A model generated the notes under the pieces. It was not told the origin of the DNA. It saw only the letters and a list, made by a program, of their open reading frames with translations, and did not search any database. Both the position numbers and the translations under genes were made by a program. Below are positions 61,176 to 64,000 of a DNA stretch of 64,000 nt, piece after piece (the stretch's first letter is position 1; every line of letters starts with the position of its first letter). This DNA comes from Deltaproteobacteria bacterium (GTDB taxonomy: Bacteria; Myxococcota_A; Polyangia; Polyangiales; Houyiibacteriaceae), in NCBI GenBank assembly GCA_034670305.1, contig JAXMNT010000022.1, forward strand, positions 57,545 to 121,544, read 5' to 3'.

Positions 61176-62708
61176 GTGATCCCTCGCCTTGGCTGCGGAC
61201 TCCGGGGTTCGTTCGTGCTGCTCCTGCTGCTGTCCGGCTGGTCGAGTGCTTCCGCACAGAGCCGGAACCTCGACGTGGAGCGTTTCCGGCCGGCCCTCGA
61301 CCACGACGGCTTTCTGGGCATGCAGGGCACCAACATGCCGGGGCCCTGGCGCTGGGACACGGCGCTCTGGCTGAACTACAGCAAGAGTCCGCTGGTCGTC
61401 GTCACGCCCGACGGCGAACGCGGGGTGATCCGGCACCGCTTCGGGGGCGACCTCCAGTTTCAGATCGGGCTCGGGGGACGGATCGCGGTCGCCGCGGATC
61501 TGCCGCTCGTCTTTCACCAGACCACCCGCGCGCGTTTCTTGATGGACGACGGTCCGGCGATCTCTGCGAACGCGTTCGGCGACCCGCGACTGATGTTGCG
61601 GGCGCGCCTCTACGGACGGGACTCGACCGAGCTCAGGGTGCGCAACGAAGGCCCGGGGCTCGCGGTGCTCGCGGGTGTGACCTTGCCGGTCGGCAACGAC
61701 GAGGACTTCGTTGGCGAGGGTCAGGCGACATTCGATCTTCAGCTGACCGCGGACTTCCATGTCTTCGGCGCTGGCGCCGGGATCATGCTCGGCTGGCGCC
61801 ACCGTCCCAACGATCGGTTCGTCGGCACGACGGTGTTTCGTGACGAGCTCTCGTTCGGCATCGCGCTCCGCCTGCCGGTGCCGTGGGTGCCCGGGCTCGG
61901 CGCGATCGTCGAGCTGCGTGGCGCGCTCGATGCCCGCGACCCGTTCTCCCGTGGTCCGCGGACGGCGGTCGAAGGACAGCTCGGCCTGACCTTCCGCTCT
62001 GGCCATGTGAACTACATCGCCGGCACCGGTCTCGGCTTCTCCGCCGGCGTCGGGACGCCCTCGATCCGTGGCCTCTTCGGCGTGCAGTGGTCCCCGCGCG
62101 TCAACGACAAGGACAACGACGGCATCGCGGACGACGACGACGAGTGCCCGCACCTGCCCGAGGACTACGACGACTTCGAAGACGAAGACGGCTGCATGGA
62201 CCCCGACAACGACAACGACTTCGTCCCCGACGTCGACGACCGCTGCCCGAACGAAGAAGCGCTCGAAGGCCAAGACGAAGACGAAGACGGCTGCACCGAC
62301 CCCGCCCCGCCCGCCCCGCCGGTGCAAGAACCGACGACCGAAGAACCGACGACCGAAGAACCGACGACCGAAGAACCGACGACGGACACCGAAGCGCCAG
62401 CAACCGTCGAAGCAGGCACTGGATCGGAGTCGGAATCGGAGTCGGAGTCGGAATCGGGATCGGGATCGGAATCGGAATCGGAATCGGAATCGGAATCGGG
62501 ATCGGGATCGGGATCGGGATCGGGATCGGGATCGGGATCGGGATCGGGATCGGGATCGGGATCGGAATCGGCTTCGGCTTCGGGATCGGCTTCGGAATCG
62601 GCTTCGGAATCGGCTTCGGCTTCAGCTTCGGAATCGGTTTCGGGATCGCATTCAGCCTCGCGTTCGGCCCCGCCACCCCCTCCCTCCCCCAATCGGGGGA
62701 CGCGATGA
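61176..62708 (+). CDS. Outer-membrane beta-barrel protein with thrombospondin type 3 repeats and low-complexity tail (no OmpA C-terminal domain)
   Basis: Signal peptide ASA-Q; ERFRP, FGDPRL and GVGTP..R; DKDNDGIADDDDECP...EDYDDFEDEDGC repeats. Start uncertain. Confidence 0.8.
   Translation: MIPRLGCGLRGSFVLLLLLSGWSSASAQSRNLDVERFRPALDHDGFLGMQGTNMPGPWRWDTALWLNYSKSPLVVVTPDGERGVIRHRFGGDLQFQIGLGGRIAVAADLPLVFHQTTRARFLMDDGPAISANAFGDPRLMLRARLYGRDSTELRVRNEGPGLAVLAGVTLPVGNDEDFVGEGQATFDLQLTADFHVFGAGAGIMLGWRHRPNDRFVGTTVFRDELSFGIALRLPVPWVPGLGAIVELRGALDARDPFSRGPRTAVEGQLGLTFRSGHVNYIAGTGLGFSAGVGTPSIRGLFGVQWSPRVNDKDNDGIADDDDECPHLPEDYDDFEDEDGCMDPDNDNDFVPDVDDRCPNEEALEGQDEDEDGCTDPAPPAPPVQEPTTEEPTTEEPTTEEPTTDTEAPATVEAGTGSESESESESESGSGSESESESESESGSGSGSGSGSGSGSGSGSGSGSESASASGSASESASESASASASESVSGSHSASRSAPPPPPSPNRGTR
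62325..62667 (+). repeat. 15-bp repeat x4 (EEPTT) and hexamer tract (GAATCG/GGATCG/GCTTCG)n, in frame
   Basis: GAAGAACCGACGACC units at 62325-62384; 6-bp periodicity at 62421-62667. Confidence 0.93.
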
Positions 62709-62856
62709 ATCCGCACCCCATCCCCTCCGTCTCTGACACGTTGCTGGGACGAATCTGTGCAGCCGAATGGCCACAGGTGGGTGGAGGGCGTTTGACCTCC
62801 TACATCCTCCTGGGCGTATGCTGTGTCGGGATCCCGTGTCAGGGCGGTAGTGCGGG

Positions 62857-63792
62857 ATGATGCAGATTCGACAATCACCATTCGGAATCTCGGTACTGGC
62901 TTTGGTCACCTTGTTGGTGAGCTTTGCCACGGTGACCGACGGTGCGGCGCAGGACATTCGTGCCCTGTCGCGCGCATTGAGCGGCGCGAGCGATTTTCGC
63001 GTTCGCGTCCAGGCGGCGTTTGCGCTCGGCAACACCCGCAACGCGCGCAACCGGCGTCCCCTCGAGCGCGCCCTCTCCGACGCCAACCCCGCGGTGCGCG
63101 CCGCCGCCGCAACCGCCCTCGGTCGGCTCGGCTCCACCGCAGCGATCGCGGCACTGCGTCGCGCGTCGCGCGACTCGTCTGCATCCGTGCGGATGCAGGC
63201 CCAGCGTTCCATTCGAACCCTTGAAGAGGGCGCGACCCCCACCGCACCCGAAGCGGCACCGCGGCACCGTGCCGCAGGCGGCGGGTTCTACCCCGCGGTG
63301 CAGGTCGTGCCGGAAGCAGGCCGCATTGCATGGCCCCGCGTCCGCTACGCGATCGTACTCGGGAGTATGGCCAACCGCACCACCTTCCGCGGCGCGGACC
63401 GACTCACCAACGTCATGCGTGGCGAAGTGCACTCGACCCTCAACCTGGTCCGTGGCGTCGCGGTCTTCGGCAGCCAGGCCGATCTCGATGCCGCGTCGGC
63501 TGCGCAGATTCGCCGCCGCCGGATTCCGAAGCTCAACCTCGACGGCAGTCTGACCGCCGTGCAACCCCGGCGCGCCCGTGGCGAGCTCTCGGTGCGTTGT
63601 GAGGTGAGCCTGATGTTGCTCGAAGAGGGCAACATCCGCGGCATGCTCAGCGGCGCAGCCACCGGCAGCGAACCACCGCGCCGCAACAACTCCCAGCAGA
63701 CCCAGCGTCTCGCCCAGCAAGCGCTCTCGGCCGCGGTCCGCAGCGCGATGAGCAGCGCCCCAAGCGCCCTGGCCCGCGCCGCCAACCGCTGA
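62857..63792 (+). CDS. Secreted HEAT-repeat protein
   Basis: Signal peptide; DFRVRVQAAFALG, PAVRAAAATALG and SVRMQA. Confidence 0.8.
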   Translation: MMQIRQSPFGISVLALVTLLVSFATVTDGAAQDIRALSRALSGASDFRVRVQAAFALGNTRNARNRRPLERALSDANPAVRAAAATALGRLGSTAAIAALRRASRDSSASVRMQAQRSIRTLEEGATPTAPEAAPRHRAAGGGFYPAVQVVPEAGRIAWPRVRYAIVLGSMANRTTFRGADRLTNVMRGEVHSTLNLVRGVAVFGSQADLDAASAAQIRRRRIPKLNLDGSLTAVQPRRARGELSVRCEVSLMLLEEGNIRGMLSGAATGSEPPRRNNSQQTQRLAQQALSAAVRSAMSSAPSALARAANR

Positions 63793-63876
63793 ACGAACCG
63801 GGCGTCGACTCTCCGGAGTCGGCGACAGGGCTCGGACTCCAGGGACGCGCGTGTGCACGCGACGGCACCGCGACGT

Positions 63877-64000
63877 CTAGCAGGTTGCTGAAGAACGCCC
63901 GCAGGGCGTTCTCGCAGCCTGCCCCTTGCCCCTGCCCTTGCCTTTGCCCTTGCCCGCGGATCAGCGGTCAGATCGCTTGATCAGCGCGACGAGCATCGCG
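63877..64000. mobile_element. MITE-like element (copy 2), truncated by the window end
   Basis: 122 of 124 nt identical to 45867-45990; begins at CTAG. Confidence 0.85.

Noticed and set aside
20735-62667. Repeat tracts as a CRISPR array
   Set aside because: No constant 23-47 bp repeat with unique spacers and no cas genes; the periodicity is 6 bp.

Overview
A high-GC, gene-dense chromosomal segment with about 45 CDS. It is very likely from a myxobacterium of the Polyangiales/Sandaracinaceae type, inferred from MYXO-CTERM-like tails, four Ser/Thr kinases, PilZ proteins, sigma54 activators and many acidic Cys-rich lipoproteins. Envelope and housekeeping genes include PBP1A (5'-truncated), ligA, a rhomboid protease, a NUDIX hydrolase, a bestrophin and a serine-hydrolase/NamZ fusion. 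I found no rRNA, tRNA, CRISPR array, prophage or autonomous transposase. The most unusual signal is a family of related hexanucleotide-periodic tracts at about nine sites, both intergenic and in frame within genes. Linked to them is a ~260-bp element present twice, with CTAG-bounded terminal inverted repeats and (CCCTTG)n/(CAAGGG)n inverted arms. The arms enclose a 20-codon ORF resembling the end of a four-helix-bundle (IVP/Avd-like) gene. Also notable: two convergent HTTM (gamma-carboxylase-like) + partner gene pairs whose HTTM proteins carry ~160-residue Glu/Asp-rich hexamer-encoded extensions; a PBP1A/solute-binding protein/histidine kinase operon followed by two sigma54 promoters; a membrane-bound sigma54-activator-like pseudo-ATPase; a tandem pair of non-RD membrane kinases; and a PilZ-Hsp70 / PilZ-kinase cluster. 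All family calls are motif recognition by eye; no searches were run.
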